Source: Mytilus edulis (Eukaryota). From it: DNA of 64,000 nucleotides. This document shows, one piece after another, positions 36,756 through 48,592 of this stretch (the first letter of the stretch is position 1; each line of letters opens with the position of its first letter). The position numbers were made by a program, and so were the translations under genes. Location: assembly GCF_963676685.1 (NCBI RefSeq), contig NC_092346.1, positions 88,660,001 through 88,724,000 of the forward strand, given 5' to 3'. The notes below the pieces were generated by a model. The model made no database searches, had not been told where the DNA came from, and was given only the letters and a program-made list of their open reading frames with translations.

Positions 36756-37687
36756 TTTTTTTTGTTCTCTTTTCTTTTGGAGGAGGGGGAGGGGGGGGGG
36801 CTCCGAAAATTGTAGTTTTATGTCAAAGAACTCTATAATCACCAGGAAATGATAGGTCTCTCTCTATGCAAACAATACTATTTGCATCACTTCAATGTCG
36901 CTGAACAGGTATAGAGGAATCATTATTTTTCTTTGTCTTTTCTGTAAATGTCTAATTCAATTCACCTGTCAGCTCCGGTCACAAGTCTGGAAATCGTCAG
37001 TTCTTGTCTTTGTTTCAAGTTGGGCTTCTTTTTCCTGCACTTGAAAAAAAAAAAATTGGTGCTGATCACAGATTTATGTATTTTCTGTGAAAGAGGAAGG
37101 ACCAATGTCTACTGTATTTATTTCACAGCAGGATCATTTTCAAAAGAAAAAGTCTCTTATTCTTAATGTACCCAAAACAAACAAAACACGTAGTAGAATA
37201 GCCTCATGTGCGCATACAATAAACACAATTCCCGATATTTTTTAGACAAATTTCGAGTATCCACCGTGAAAAAAAAAATCAACATAAAAAAGTCATCCTT
37301 AAAATGATGCAAATAACCACATTTAGCTGTGCGACGTCCTTCGACGTTAAATTTCACCAAAATTTGTAAAATTGTATTTTTGTCTTTTTTTCTCTCTTAT
37401 TTTATCAATGTTTTTTCTTTCTTTCTTTCACAGTAATATAGCACTCTAATGATAAGGACCGATTGAATTTCTTCAGTCTAATAATTTTAGTACTCGTAAC
37501 CATATGGACACACTGCCACGTGTACATGTATATTATAAATAGATAGCCGTAGTTTCTCACTTTAATTGCATGTTTTAAATAATGTTTTTTTTTTTAAATA
37601 CATACATGTCGTTTATGCAAATATGGTTTATGTATCGGTACCTAACATGATCATGTATAAATAGTGAAAATTTCCACATGTTTATCG

Positions 37688-37982
37688 GTTGGGAGTTGTG
37701 GCGTGCTCCTGTGATCCAGCTACCTGGAGACCGGAGTCGGTGAACGGTGTGAGGGCAGGAGTCCTGCTTTCAGGTGTTCTATGTTGAGCGGGCGTCCGCA
37801 CTAAGATCGGTATCAATATGGGCACACCGAGGGAGCTCAGTGTGACCAGGTTGTCTAAGGAGGGACGTACAGGCCAAGGGCGGAAACGCAGCAGGCAAAA
37901 GTCCCCGTGTCGATCAGTAGTGGGATCGCGCCTGTGAATAGGCATCTGTCAGCAGCCTGTCCAATATAATTGGACTCGGCTC
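37688..37982 (+). ncRNA. RN7SL: 7SL RNA gene
   Basis: Array copy. Confidence 0.96.
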
Positions 37983-39040
37983 TTTTTTTTGTTCTCTTTT
38001 CTTTTGGAGGAGGGGGAGGGGGGGCTCCGAAAATTGTAGTTTTATGTCAAAGAACTCTATAATCACCAGGAAATGATAGGTCTCTCTCTATGCAAACAAT
38101 ACTATTTGCATCACTTCAATGTCGCTGAACAGGTATAGAGGAATCATTATTTTTCTTTGTCTTTTCTGTAAATGTCTAATTCAATTCACCTGTCAGCTCC
38201 GGTCACAAGTCTGGAAATCGTCAGTTCTTGTCTTTGTTTCAAGTTGGGCTTCTTTTTCCTGCACTTGAAAAAAAAAAAAAATTGGTGCTGATCACAGATT
38301 TATGTATTTTCTGTGAAAGAGGAAGGACCAATGTCTACTGTATTTATTTCACAGCAGGATCATTTTCAAAAGAAAAAGTCTCTTATTCTTAATGTACCCA
38401 AAACAAACAAAACACGTAGTAGAATAGCCTCATGTGCGCATACAATAAACACAATTCCCGATATTTTTTAGACAAATTTCGAGTATCCACCGTGAAAAAA
38501 AAAATCAACATAAAAAAGTCATCCTTAAAATGATGCAAATAACCACATTTAGCTGTGCGACGTCCTTCGACGTTAAATTTCACCAAAATTTGTAAAATTG
38601 TATTTTTGTCTTTTTTTCTCTCTTATTTTATCAATGTTTTTTCTTTCTTTCTTTCACAGTAATATAGCACTCTAATGATAAGGACCGATTGAATTTCTTC
38701 AGTCTAATAATTTTAGTACTCGTAACCATATGGACACACTGCCACGTGTACATGTATATTATAAATAGATAGCCGTAGTTTCTCACTTTAATTGCATGTT
38801 TTAAATAATGTTTTTTTTTTTAAATACATACATGTCGTTTATGAGACTTCCGGTTTGGACATTCAGCGAGAAGGACGTAATATTCATAGCTGAATTTCAA
38901 TCGAAATTGTTTTCGTCTTTGGACGAGCCATCCATGGCTTAAGGTGTAAGTGATTACTCTTAGGGACATTTCCTTTGATAATCGAGATTTATTTTCCATA
39001 TATCTGACATTTTAAAGTGTTTTTGTAACCTCCCTTCACC

Positions 39041-40359
39041 ATGCCTGGTGAAAGGGGGGCGAATAGAACTGTGAAGGAACAGACTGTCCTTGTTGATGTT
39101 GGGGACAATAAAAATGTTTCGGCCTTGTCTGTAATAAATAGTGTAGAAGCAGAAATTGGTGAAGGTGTAGTAGAGGCTTGCGTACCTAAAAGCGGAAATG
39201 TTTACGAAATAACTCTTAAAGAATTAGAAGCTGTTGATTTGTTGTGTGACACTGGGTTCAAAGTTAACAATGTGAAATTCCAGCCGAACGCTGTATTTTC
39301 AAAGCAAAAAATGGTGAGCTTCCTAAATGTGTCATATTACGTGACGGATGACGAAATTACGAAAAAACTAGAAGATTTCGGTGCAGAACTTATATCACCT
39401 ATTAAACGCCGAATGCATCCTGGTACGTCCATTGCAGATGGTACAAGGTACGTGGTAGTAAGATTCCCTGAATTTCGTCAAAGTCTACCGTACAGTATGA
39501 AATTTTCGACAGGTGTAAATTCGCACGAATACATACGAGTATTACATGACAACCAGAAAAGAGTCTGTTCGAAATGTTTCGAATCCGGCCATGTTTATAT
39601 TAACTGTCCTGATAATATGTGTTATCGTTGCAAAGAGAGTGGTCATTTGGCACGCAGTTGTCCGAAACCACGCTGTGATAAGTGTCACCGGTATCCAGCT
39701 AACTGTACCTGTGAATTTGTATGGGATCATGATCGTCCTGATACAGAACCCCAAGATGACGTGAATGCTGAAGACTCTAATGTCGAAAACGATAACGTAA
39801 CTAATGATGAACAAATGGAAGAAGATGAAGAGGTTAACAATGATGATCGTGATGATGTTGATGATACGCTAAATTTAGATGACCGTGATGAAGTAACAGA
39901 TGATAAAGAAAATTCCGATGTAAATACTGCCCAAGATGAACTAAACCTAGATGAAAATAATGCACAAGATGAACTTATCCTAGATGAAAATCCTAAAACT
40001 GATTCCGGTGATGATGATGAACAAACTGAAGTTATGACAGTACATGAACTTTCAAAAGACAATTTAATTGACAATGAAATAAATATTTTGCATAAAAAAG
40101 GGGGTCAAGAAAAGTGAACGAGTCAGTTTCTCATGAGTCAAATGTTGTGGTTGATTCTGATGTTGACAAAAATGCAGAGTCTTCGATTGCCAGTGAGACT
40201 GAAATGGAAATAACTGATGAGGAACTGGCTCGTAATATGGGGAAAAAAAGAAGGCGTCGTTTAGTTACTAGCCCCAACCTCACCCCTGAGGATATTAAGA
40301 AGATGAAGTCTAATCCTAAGTCCAAACTCCCCCTTAAACAACCAAGTTCAAGTTCATAG
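39041..40359 (+). CDS. LINE ORF1 (RRM-like region, CCHC zinc knuckles, acidic tail), split by a 1-nt frameshift near 40096-40114
   Basis: CSKCFESGHVYINC and CYRCKESGHLARSC; the 358-aa ORF continues in the -1 frame as the 81-aa ORF ending at 40359. Confidence 0.85.
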
Positions 40360-40362
40360 GTA

Positions 40363-41000
40363 ACGTGATGGTACCCAAATTGCACCTATTTTGACAGTTT
40401 TTTCACCTACGTTTTTTTATGATAAAGACCAAAATTTCCATTCTGTGTTTATTTTGTAGCCGTATCCTTCTTTATTATATAGGTACACCAATTTGATTTT
40501 TAATCCATATGGAATCATAGAAAAATTGGTCTAAACTGACCTCCAAACCATCAATGATTCTAAAATGAGGAGTACCCAAATTGCATCCATGCTTAAATTC
40601 GTACTGTCAAAATTCTAATAACAGAACTTTTGTTTAATTTCTTCAAATATTTTGAACAATTGGATATTAGTCCAGGCTTACTCTTTCGCTTTTTTTAAAT
40701 GGATACTTGTAACATATTGTATTTGATCATTTTAAAAAGATGACGTTTTGATGACGTCGCATGGCGACGTTTCAGTACATTTTGCCTTTCAAAGTCAGTA
40801 AACACTTCATCTGTTGATGAATACTGTGAACGTTTTGTGCATATCTAAATAGTTTTACCTATGTTGAAAGATGTGCATAGTATCAAATCATAAAAATACG
40901 AATTGTTTACGGTCTCTAGGAAATCTTGTAAGATTATTTTTACTATTTTGGCTTAATAGGTGCAATTTGGGTACTCGGTGCAATTTGGGTACCGTTACGT
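40363..41000. mobile_element. 638-bp MITE with TA TSD (Tc1/mariner/pogo-type) between LINE ORF1 and ORF2
   Basis: TA|acgtgatggtacccaaattgcacc ... ggtgcaatttgggtaccgttacgt|TA: 24-bp TIR with 2 mismatches, and the subterminal motif repeated. Confidence 0.88.
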
Positions 41001-41031
41001 TACACACCTTTATTGTTTATTTTTCTTGTTG

Positions 41032-44000
41032 ATGGTAAATATTGTTAGCATAAATGCTAATGGTCTCAGAGATGTAACAAAGTTTCAGAATTTTACAAAA
41101 TATTGTACAGAAAATTATTTTGATATTGTTGGTATACAAGAAACCTTTTGGGATGATGGTATTATTCCAAATATTGAAAAATTTTGGGAAGGAAAAATAT
41201 ATTTTTGTAATGGTGTAAACCTGAGACAAGGTGTTGCTTTTTTAGTAAGCAAAAGAGTACAAAATCAAGTGTCGGAAGTACAAAGTTTTGACGGTAGATG
41301 TATCCATATTTCCTTTAAACAGGATGATAAAACTATTGATATAATTAATTGCTATGTTCCAAACATAATGCAAGAAAAAATTACGTTTTTTGAGAGACTT
41401 ACTTCTAAAATGCCGAATTCGGAAAATATTATTTTACTAGGTGATATGAATACATCTCTGTCAAATCTTGATCGTTGTGGTAAAACAGAACACACACAAG
41501 ATAAAGCATACAAAAAACTCACAAACATTTGTGACATGTCTAACTTGTATGATGTATGGCGAGCGAGAAATCAAAATGCACGAACCTTCTCTTGGCGTCG
41601 TATCGTTCAAAATGTCCTAATACAAAGTAGAATTGACCACATTTTCATTCCGAAAGCATATTCACAATTCGTCAAAAACGTGTATTATAAACATAATACA
41701 TTCAGTGACCACTCTTTTGTTAATCTAAATATAGATTTTACTGAAATTGAGAGAGGCCCAGGGTTATGGATATTTAATAATTTGTTATTACACGACGAGG
41801 ATTATGTTCAAAAAATTTCACGACTAATTGAAAAAGAAAAAAGCTGTAGACTTTTTGATGATGAGCCGCTTATTTGGTATGATAATTTAAAATTTAAAAT
41901 TAAACAATTATCAAAATCATATGCGCAAAATAAATCGCGTATTGAAAAGTCAGAATATTTTAAGCTTCAAAATGAATATGAAAAACTATCGTCTATGGCG
42001 GTAAATAATGTAAATTTTGATGTAAATAAGTTCGAAGAAATGAAACTAAAACTTAAAACATATGAAGATAAAATTTGTAAAGGTGCAATATTGCGCTCAA
42101 AGGCTCAATGGGCTATAGACGGTGATAAAAGTTCTAAATATTTTTTGCAACTTGAAAAATATAAACAAAATAGTAACGCTGTAAAAGAATTAAAAACGAC
42201 AGAGGGCAAAATTTTAAAAACTACAGATGAAATTTTAGAAGAAGTACATAAATTTTATAAAGAGTTATACTCTAGTACAGTAATAGATAAAGATAAAGCA
42301 AAAGAAATTTTGGAATTTATTTCTGAAAAAGTTTCTGATGAAGACAGTGAAAATTTAGAAACCGATTTAACTCTGCATGAAATTAAATCGTCATTATTTG
42401 GCATGTCAAAAAATAAATCACCAGGTCCTGATGGACTAACAGTTGAGTTCTTTTGTAAATTTTTTCATTTGTTTGGTGAGATTTTTCTTAAAATTTTTAA
42501 AGTTATAGAAGAAGAACATATATTAACAAGATCCATGCGGCATGGTATAATAAACTTAGTTTATAAAAACAAAGGGGATAAAAATTCTTTAAAAAATTTT
42601 AGACCGATATCTTTGCTTTGTGTAGACTACAAAATAATTGCTAGAATAATGTCTAATAGATTAAAATTTGTTCTGCCGAAACTAGTGTCTAGTTTTCAAA
42701 CATGTTGCATATTAGGCCGTGACATTGCAGACACTACATCAAGTATAAGAGATTTAATTGAAATAATTGAAAATGATGATTTAGAAGCCTATCTTATAAA
42801 AGTTGATCAGGAAAAAGCTTTTGATAAGGTTGACCATGACTATCTGTTTCTAGTTTTAGAAAAATTTGGTTTTGGCCCTAAATTTATGCAGTGGATTAAA
42901 ATATTCTATAATAATGTAAACAGCAGTGTAAAATGTAATGGTTTCCTTACAAAGTATGTTAAACTTAATAATTCAATAAAACAAGGGTGTCCAGTTTCTG
43001 CTCTCCTCTATGTATTGGTGGCAGAACCATTAGGTCAAGCTATAATTAAAAATAAAAATATCCAGAGTGTAAATATCCCAAAGTCAACTGTAAATGCTAA
43101 AATATTTCAACACGCAGATGACACAAATATTTTTACTTCAAATAAAGAATCTGTAAATGAAACTTTCAAAGTTCTAAATTTGTACAGTGAAGCTTCTGGA
43201 GCTAAAATTAACAGACAAAAATCTGAAATTATGTGCTTAGGTTCTGGCAATATTACTGATTCAGAGTTACATAAACTAAATATACAAAAATGTGAAAATG
43301 TAACAAAAGTTTTAGGCATATATGTTGGAAAAGATAAAGAGTTATGTGAAATTCTAAACTGGAAAGATAAAATAAAAAAGATAAAAACAATTTTATTCTT
43401 TTGGAATAAAAGAGATTTAACTTTACCAGGTCGAGCTACAGTTTTAACTTCCCTTATAATGTCGAGGTTATATTATACTGTAACTGTATGTCCATTGCCA
43501 GAAAAAGTTAAAAATGAAATCCGTCTAATTGTTATAAAGTTTCTTTGGCAAAATAAATCACATTTAGTAAAATATCAAAGTGTAGTAGGTACAAAACTTG
43601 AAGGTGGATTAAATATTCCTGATATTTTTCTAAAAATGCAAGCCTTTAGACTAAAATTTCTTAAAAAATATTTGGATCCTGAATGTCAATCAATCTGGAA
43701 AGGTGCGTTTGATTACTTTATTACTAAAATCGATAATATGGATTTAAAACAAGATATTGTGTATACGCATTTAAATTCAAAACAGATTAAACACTTACCA
43801 CTTTATTATCAAGAAATGATAAACGCATATTATAAAATAAAAGCCGATTTCAAAATCGATTTTCAAGTGCAACATGTATATAATAATCCGCTGTTTTGTA
43901 ATCCAAATATAACATGCAACGGTAAAATGCTTCTGTTTGAAAAATTCATTCAAACAGGCTTGATACGGATAAAAGACATTTGCTATGAATTTATGCCGGG

Positions 44001-44883
44001 TTTCTTCACATCAAATTCAATAGATGAAATAATAAAACAAAAATTTCCTGATGAAAAAACAGAACAAATAAAAACAGCTTTCGAAAAAATCATACGATGT
44101 ATTCCTGAAGAGTGGAAAGAACTATCAAAATCCGAAAATCCTCTGAATGTTGAAAATGCTCCGATTGTTAAAATTTGTTTAGATAATGACAGAGAAATTC
44201 ATTTTAGAAGTGCTGTGACGAAATTTTTTTACAGCCTTCTTCTGTCAAATTTTTTTGAAACGCCCTCTGCTGAAAAGCATTGGGAGGAGCAGTATCCGCC
44301 TCTCAATTTCAAAAGTCTTTATTTGGTTGTCAATCAGAGTTGTTTACCTCCTGATTGTCATTGTTTAAATTATAGGATTGTCCATCGAGCTATTTTTACA
44401 CTTGAAAAGTTGGTCAAAATAGGTCAGGCAGATACAGGCACATGCAAAGCATGCGGCCAAGGTATAGAGAATCTTGGTCACCTGTTTGTACATTGTCAAA
44501 AGATTCAACCACTTCATGATTACCTGAAAGACACATTACACAACATATTTATTAATTACCCACCTGACATGGTTAATTCCATTGATTATGAACAGTTATT
44601 TTTACTTGGGTTATTAAAACGTTCACAAGATATTAATACTTATTTTCTAAACTTTTTCCTTAGTGTAGCCCGAGTTTGCATATTCAAAACACGGAATTTA
44701 AAAGTTTTTCATGACAAAGAAATAGATGCACTACGTTTTTTCAAATACACAATAAGAAAATACATTGAATACGCATACACGTATTATAAAATGACACAAC
44801 AAAGACAATTATTCTACAAATATTTTTTACACAAAAACACTTTATTAGATATTCAAAACGACAACATAGTTTTGTTTGTCTAG
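41032..44883 (+). CDS. LINE ORF2 (AP endonuclease, reverse transcriptase, C-terminal zinc finger), 1283 aa, uninterrupted
   Basis: APE motifs SINANGL, IQET, GDMN, SRIDH and FSDH; RT motifs KSPGPDG, RPISLL, DQEKAFD, KQGCPVS and HADD; CKAC...HLFVHC. Confidence 0.95.
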   Translation: MVNIVSINANGLRDVTKFQNFTKYCTENYFDIVGIQETFWDDGIIPNIEKFWEGKIYFCNGVNLRQGVAFLVSKRVQNQVSEVQSFDGRCIHISFKQDDKTIDIINCYVPNIMQEKITFFERLTSKMPNSENIILLGDMNTSLSNLDRCGKTEHTQDKAYKKLTNICDMSNLYDVWRARNQNARTFSWRRIVQNVLIQSRIDHIFIPKAYSQFVKNVYYKHNTFSDHSFVNLNIDFTEIERGPGLWIFNNLLLHDEDYVQKISRLIEKEKSCRLFDDEPLIWYDNLKFKIKQLSKSYAQNKSRIEKSEYFKLQNEYEKLSSMAVNNVNFDVNKFEEMKLKLKTYEDKICKGAILRSKAQWAIDGDKSSKYFLQLEKYKQNSNAVKELKTTEGKILKTTDEILEEVHKFYKELYSSTVIDKDKAKEILEFISEKVSDEDSENLETDLTLHEIKSSLFGMSKNKSPGPDGLTVEFFCKFFHLFGEIFLKIFKVIEEEHILTRSMRHGIINLVYKNKGDKNSLKNFRPISLLCVDYKIIARIMSNRLKFVLPKLVSSFQTCCILGRDIADTTSSIRDLIEIIENDDLEAYLIKVDQEKAFDKVDHDYLFLVLEKFGFGPKFMQWIKIFYNNVNSSVKCNGFLTKYVKLNNSIKQGCPVSALLYVLVAEPLGQAIIKNKNIQSVNIPKSTVNAKIFQHADDTNIFTSNKESVNETFKVLNLYSEASGAKINRQKSEIMCLGSGNITDSELHKLNIQKCENVTKVLGIYVGKDKELCEILNWKDKIKKIKTILFFWNKRDLTLPGRATVLTSLIMSRLYYTVTVCPLPEKVKNEIRLIVIKFLWQNKSHLVKYQSVVGTKLEGGLNIPDIFLKMQAFRLKFLKKYLDPECQSIWKGAFDYFITKIDNMDLKQDIVYTHLNSKQIKHLPLYYQEMINAYYKIKADFKIDFQVQHVYNNPLFCNPNITCNGKMLLFEKFIQTGLIRIKDICYEFMPGFFTSNSIDEIIKQKFPDEKTEQIKTAFEKIIRCIPEEWKELSKSENPLNVENAPIVKICLDNDREIHFRSAVTKFFYSLLLSNFFETPSAEKHWEEQYPPLNFKSLYLVVNQSCLPPDCHCLNYRIVHRAIFTLEKLVKIGQADTGTCKACGQGIENLGHLFVHCQKIQPLHDYLKDTLHNIFINYPPDMVNSIDYEQLFLLGLLKRSQDINTYFLNFFLSVARVCIFKTRNLKVFHDKEIDALRFFKYTIRKYIEYAYTYYKMTQQRQLFYKYFLHKNTLLDIQNDNIVLFV

Positions 44884-45272
44884 ACAGTTACTTCTATTTG
44901 ATTGGTTGTTAGAACAATAGATCACATTCCAACGTAAAATTATCGATCGCACTTAGGTGTGTTTGACTTTTGAAAATATTTTGGAGTTGTCTCGCTTTCA
45001 ATATAGAATTTGTCCACCGTCTATTCATACAGACTTTTTTGAAAAATGAATCGCCATAAAAAAAACAACATATTATGCTGTATATAATTCTTTTAACTTT
45101 TAAAACATGTACATCTAGATGTATTTTATTTTTTTACTAATGTAGGAGGATAACTACTAACAACTCTGTATATAGCAAAATTCTCACCAACGAGGAATGT
45201 CTCAATGGTGACAGTATGTAAATATGTAATAAAAATTTTATTAATGATAAAAAAAAAAAAAAAAAAAAAAAA

Positions 45273-45544
45273 GTGATCCAGCTACCTGGAGACCGGAGTC
45301 GGTGAACGGTGTGAGGGCAGGAGTCCTGCTTTCAGGTGTTCTATGTTGAGCGGGCGTCCGCACTAAGATCGGTATCAATATGGGCACACCGAGGGAGCTC
45401 AGTGTGACCAGGTTGTCTAAGGAGGGACGTACAGGCCAAGGGCGGAAACGCAGCAGGCAAAAGTCCCCGTGTCGATCAGTAGTGGGATCGCGCCTGTGAA
45501 TAGGCATCTGTCAGCAGCCTGTCCAATATAATTGGACTCGGCTC
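45273..45544 (+). pseudogene. RN7SL: 7SL gene lacking its promoter and nt 1-23 (LINE-disrupted)
   Basis: Begins gtgatccagctacc directly after the poly(A) tail. Confidence 0.92.
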
Positions 45545-46601
45545 TTTTTTTTTGTTCTCTTTTCTTTTGGAGGAGGGGGGGGGGGGGCTCCGAAAATTGT
45601 AGTTTTATGTCAAAGAACTCTATAATCACCAGGAAATGATAGGTCTCTCTCTATGCAAACAATACTATTTGCATCACTTCAATGTCGCTGAACAGGTATA
45701 GAGGAATCATTATTTTTCTTTGTCTTTTCTGTAAATGTCTAATTCAATTCACCTGTCAGCTCCGGTCACAAGTCTGGAAATCGTCAGTTCTTGTCTTTGT
45801 TTCAAGTTGGGCTTCTTTTTCCTGCACTTGAAAAAAAAAAAATTGGTGCTGATCACAGATTTATGTATTTTCTGTGAAAGAGGAAGGACCAATGTCTACT
45901 GTATTTATTTCACAGCAGGATCATTTTCAAAAGAAAAAGTCTCTTATTCTTAATGTACCCAAAACAAACAAAACACGTAGTAGAATAGCCTCATGTGCGC
46001 ATACAATAAACACAATTCCCGATATTTTTTAGACAAATTTCGAGTATCCACCGTGAAAAAAAAAATCAACATAAAAAAGTCATCCTTAAAATGATGCAAA
46101 TAACCACATTTAGCTGTGCGACGTCCTTCGACGTTAAATTTCACCAAAATTTGTAAAATTGTATTTTTGTCTTTTTTTCTCTCTTATTTTATCAATGTTT
46201 TTTCTTTCTTTCTTTCACAGTAATATAGCACTCTAATGATAAGGACCGATTGAATTTCTTCAGTCTAATAATTTTAGTACTCGTAACCATATGGACACAC
46301 TGCCACGTGTACATGTATATTATAAATAGATAGCCGTAGTTTCTCACTTTAATTGCATGTTTTAAATAATGTTTTTTTTTTTAAATACATACATGTCGTT
46401 TATGAGACTTCCGGTTTGGACATTCAGCGAGAAGGACGTAATATTCATAGCTGAATTTCAATCGAAATTGTTTTCGTCTTTGGACGAGCCATCCATGGCT
46501 TAAGGTGTAAGTGATTACTCTTAGGGACATTTCCTTTGATAATCGAGATTTATTTTCCATATATCTGACATTTTAAAGTGTTTTTGTAACCTCCCTTCAC
46601 C

Positions 46602-47920
46602 ATGCCTGGTGAAAGGGGGGCGAATAGAACTGTGAAGGAACAGACTGTCCTTGTTGATGTTGGGGACAATAAAAATGTTTCGGCCTTGTCTGTAATAAAT
46701 AGTGTAGAAGCAGAAATTGGTGAAGGTGTAGTAGAGGCTTGCGTACCTAAAAGCGGAAATGTTTACGAAATAACTCTTAAAGAATTAGAAGCTGTTGATT
46801 TGTTGTGTGACACTGGGTTCAAAGTTAACAATGTGAAATTCCAGCCGAACGCTGTATTTTCAAAGCAAAAAATGGTGAGCTTCCTAAATGTGTCATATTA
46901 CGTGACGGATGACGAAATTACGAAAAAACTAGAAGATTTCGGTGCAGAACTTATATCACCTATTAAACGCCGAATGCATCCTGGTACGTCCATTGCAGAT
47001 GGTACAAGGTACGTGGTAGTAAGATTCCCTGAATTTCGTCAAAGTCTACCGTACAGTATGAAATTTTCGACAGGTGTAAATTCGCACGAATACATACGAG
47101 TATTACATGACAACCAGAAAAGAGTCTGTTCGAAATGTTTCGAATCCGGCCATGTTTATATTAACTGTCCTGATAATATGTGTTATCGTTGCAAAGAGAG
47201 TGGTCATTTGGCACGCAGTTGTCCGAAACCACGCTGTGATAAGTGTCACCGGTATCCAGCTAACTGTACCTGTGAATTTGTATGGGATCATGATCGTCCT
47301 GATACAGAACCCCAAGATGACGTGAATGCTGAAGACTCTAATGTCGAAAACGATAACGTAACTAATGATGAACAAATGGAAGAAGATGAAGAGGTTAACA
47401 ATGATGATCGTGATGATGTTGATGATACGCTAAATTTAGATGACCGTGATGAAGTAACAGATGATAAAGAAAATTCCGATGTAAATACTGCCCAAGATGA
47501 ACTAAACCTAGATGAAAATAATGCACAAGATGAACTTATCCTAGATGAAAATCCTAAAACTGATTCCGGTGATGATGATGAACAAACTGAAGTTATGACA
47601 GTACATGAACTTTCAAAAGACAATTTAATTGACAATGAAATAAATATTTTGCATAAAAAAGGGGGTCAAGAAAAGTGAACGAGTCAGTTTCTCATGAGTC
47701 AAATGTTGTGGTTGATTCTGATGTTGACAAAAATGCAGAGTCTTCGATTGCCAGTGAGACTGAAATGGAAATAACTGATGAGGAACTGGCTCGTAATATG
47801 GGGAAAAAAAGAAGGCGTCGTTTAGTTACTAGCCCCAACCTCACCCCTGAGGATATTAAGAAGATGAAGTCTAATCCTAAGTCCAAACTCCCCCTTAAAC
47901 AACCAAGTTCAAGTTCATAG
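46602..47920 (+). CDS. LINE ORF1, copy 2 (same frameshift)
   Basis: Translation identical to copy 1. Confidence 0.85.
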
Positions 47921-47923
47921 GTA

Positions 47924-48561
47924 ACGTGATGGTACCCAAATTGCACCTATTTTGACAGTTTTTTCACCTACGTTTTTTTATGATAAAGACCAAAATTTCC
48001 ATTCTGTGTTTATTTTGTAGCCGTATCCTTCTTTATTATATAGGTACACCAATTTGATTTTTAATCCATATGGAATCATAGAAAAATTGGTCTAAACTGA
48101 CCTCCAAACCATCAATGATTCTAAAATGAGGAGTACCCAAATTGCATCCATGCTTAAATTCGTACTGTCAAAATTCTAATAACAGAACTTTTGTTTAATT
48201 TCTTCAAATATTTTGAACAATTGGATATTAGTCCAGGCTTACTCTTTCGCTTTTTTTAAATGGATACTTGTAACATATTGTATTTGATCATTTTAAAAAG
48301 ATGACGTTTTGATGACGTCGCATGGCGACGTTTCAGTACATTTTGCCTTTCAAAGTCAGTAAACACTTCATCTGTTGATGAATACTGTGAACGTTTTGTG
48401 CATATCTAAATAGTTTTACCTATGTTGAAAGATGTGCATAGTATCAAATCATAAAAATACGAATTGTTTACGGTCTCTAGGAAATCTTGTAAGATTATTT
48501 TTACTATTTTGGCTTAATAGGTGCAATTTGGGTACTCGGTGCAATTTGGGTACCGTTACGT
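47924..48561. mobile_element. 638-bp TA-TSD MITE, copy 2
   Basis: Same as 40363-41000. Confidence 0.88.
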
Positions 48562-48592
48562 TACACACCTTTATTGTTTATTTTTCTTGTTG

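Larger units (their letters stand above)
38844..45272 (+). mobile_element. Full-length non-LTR retrotransposon (L1 group, Tx1-type) inserted in a 7SL gene, copy 1
   Basis: Starts agacttccgg; ORF1 with CCHC knuckles; ORF2 APE-RT-zinc finger; AATAAA at 45228; A24 tail at 45249-45272 joined to 7SL +24. Confidence 0.95.

Noticed and set aside
40091-40117. Programmed -1 frameshift in ORF1
   Set aside because: No correctly phased slippery heptamer or obvious downstream structure; a homopolymer indel is simpler.
40960-41031. ORF2 start at 40960 (and 48521) as listed in the ORF track
   Set aside because: This is a GTG inside the MITE terminal repeat. The endonuclease domain starts at ATG 41032 (48593 in copy 2).
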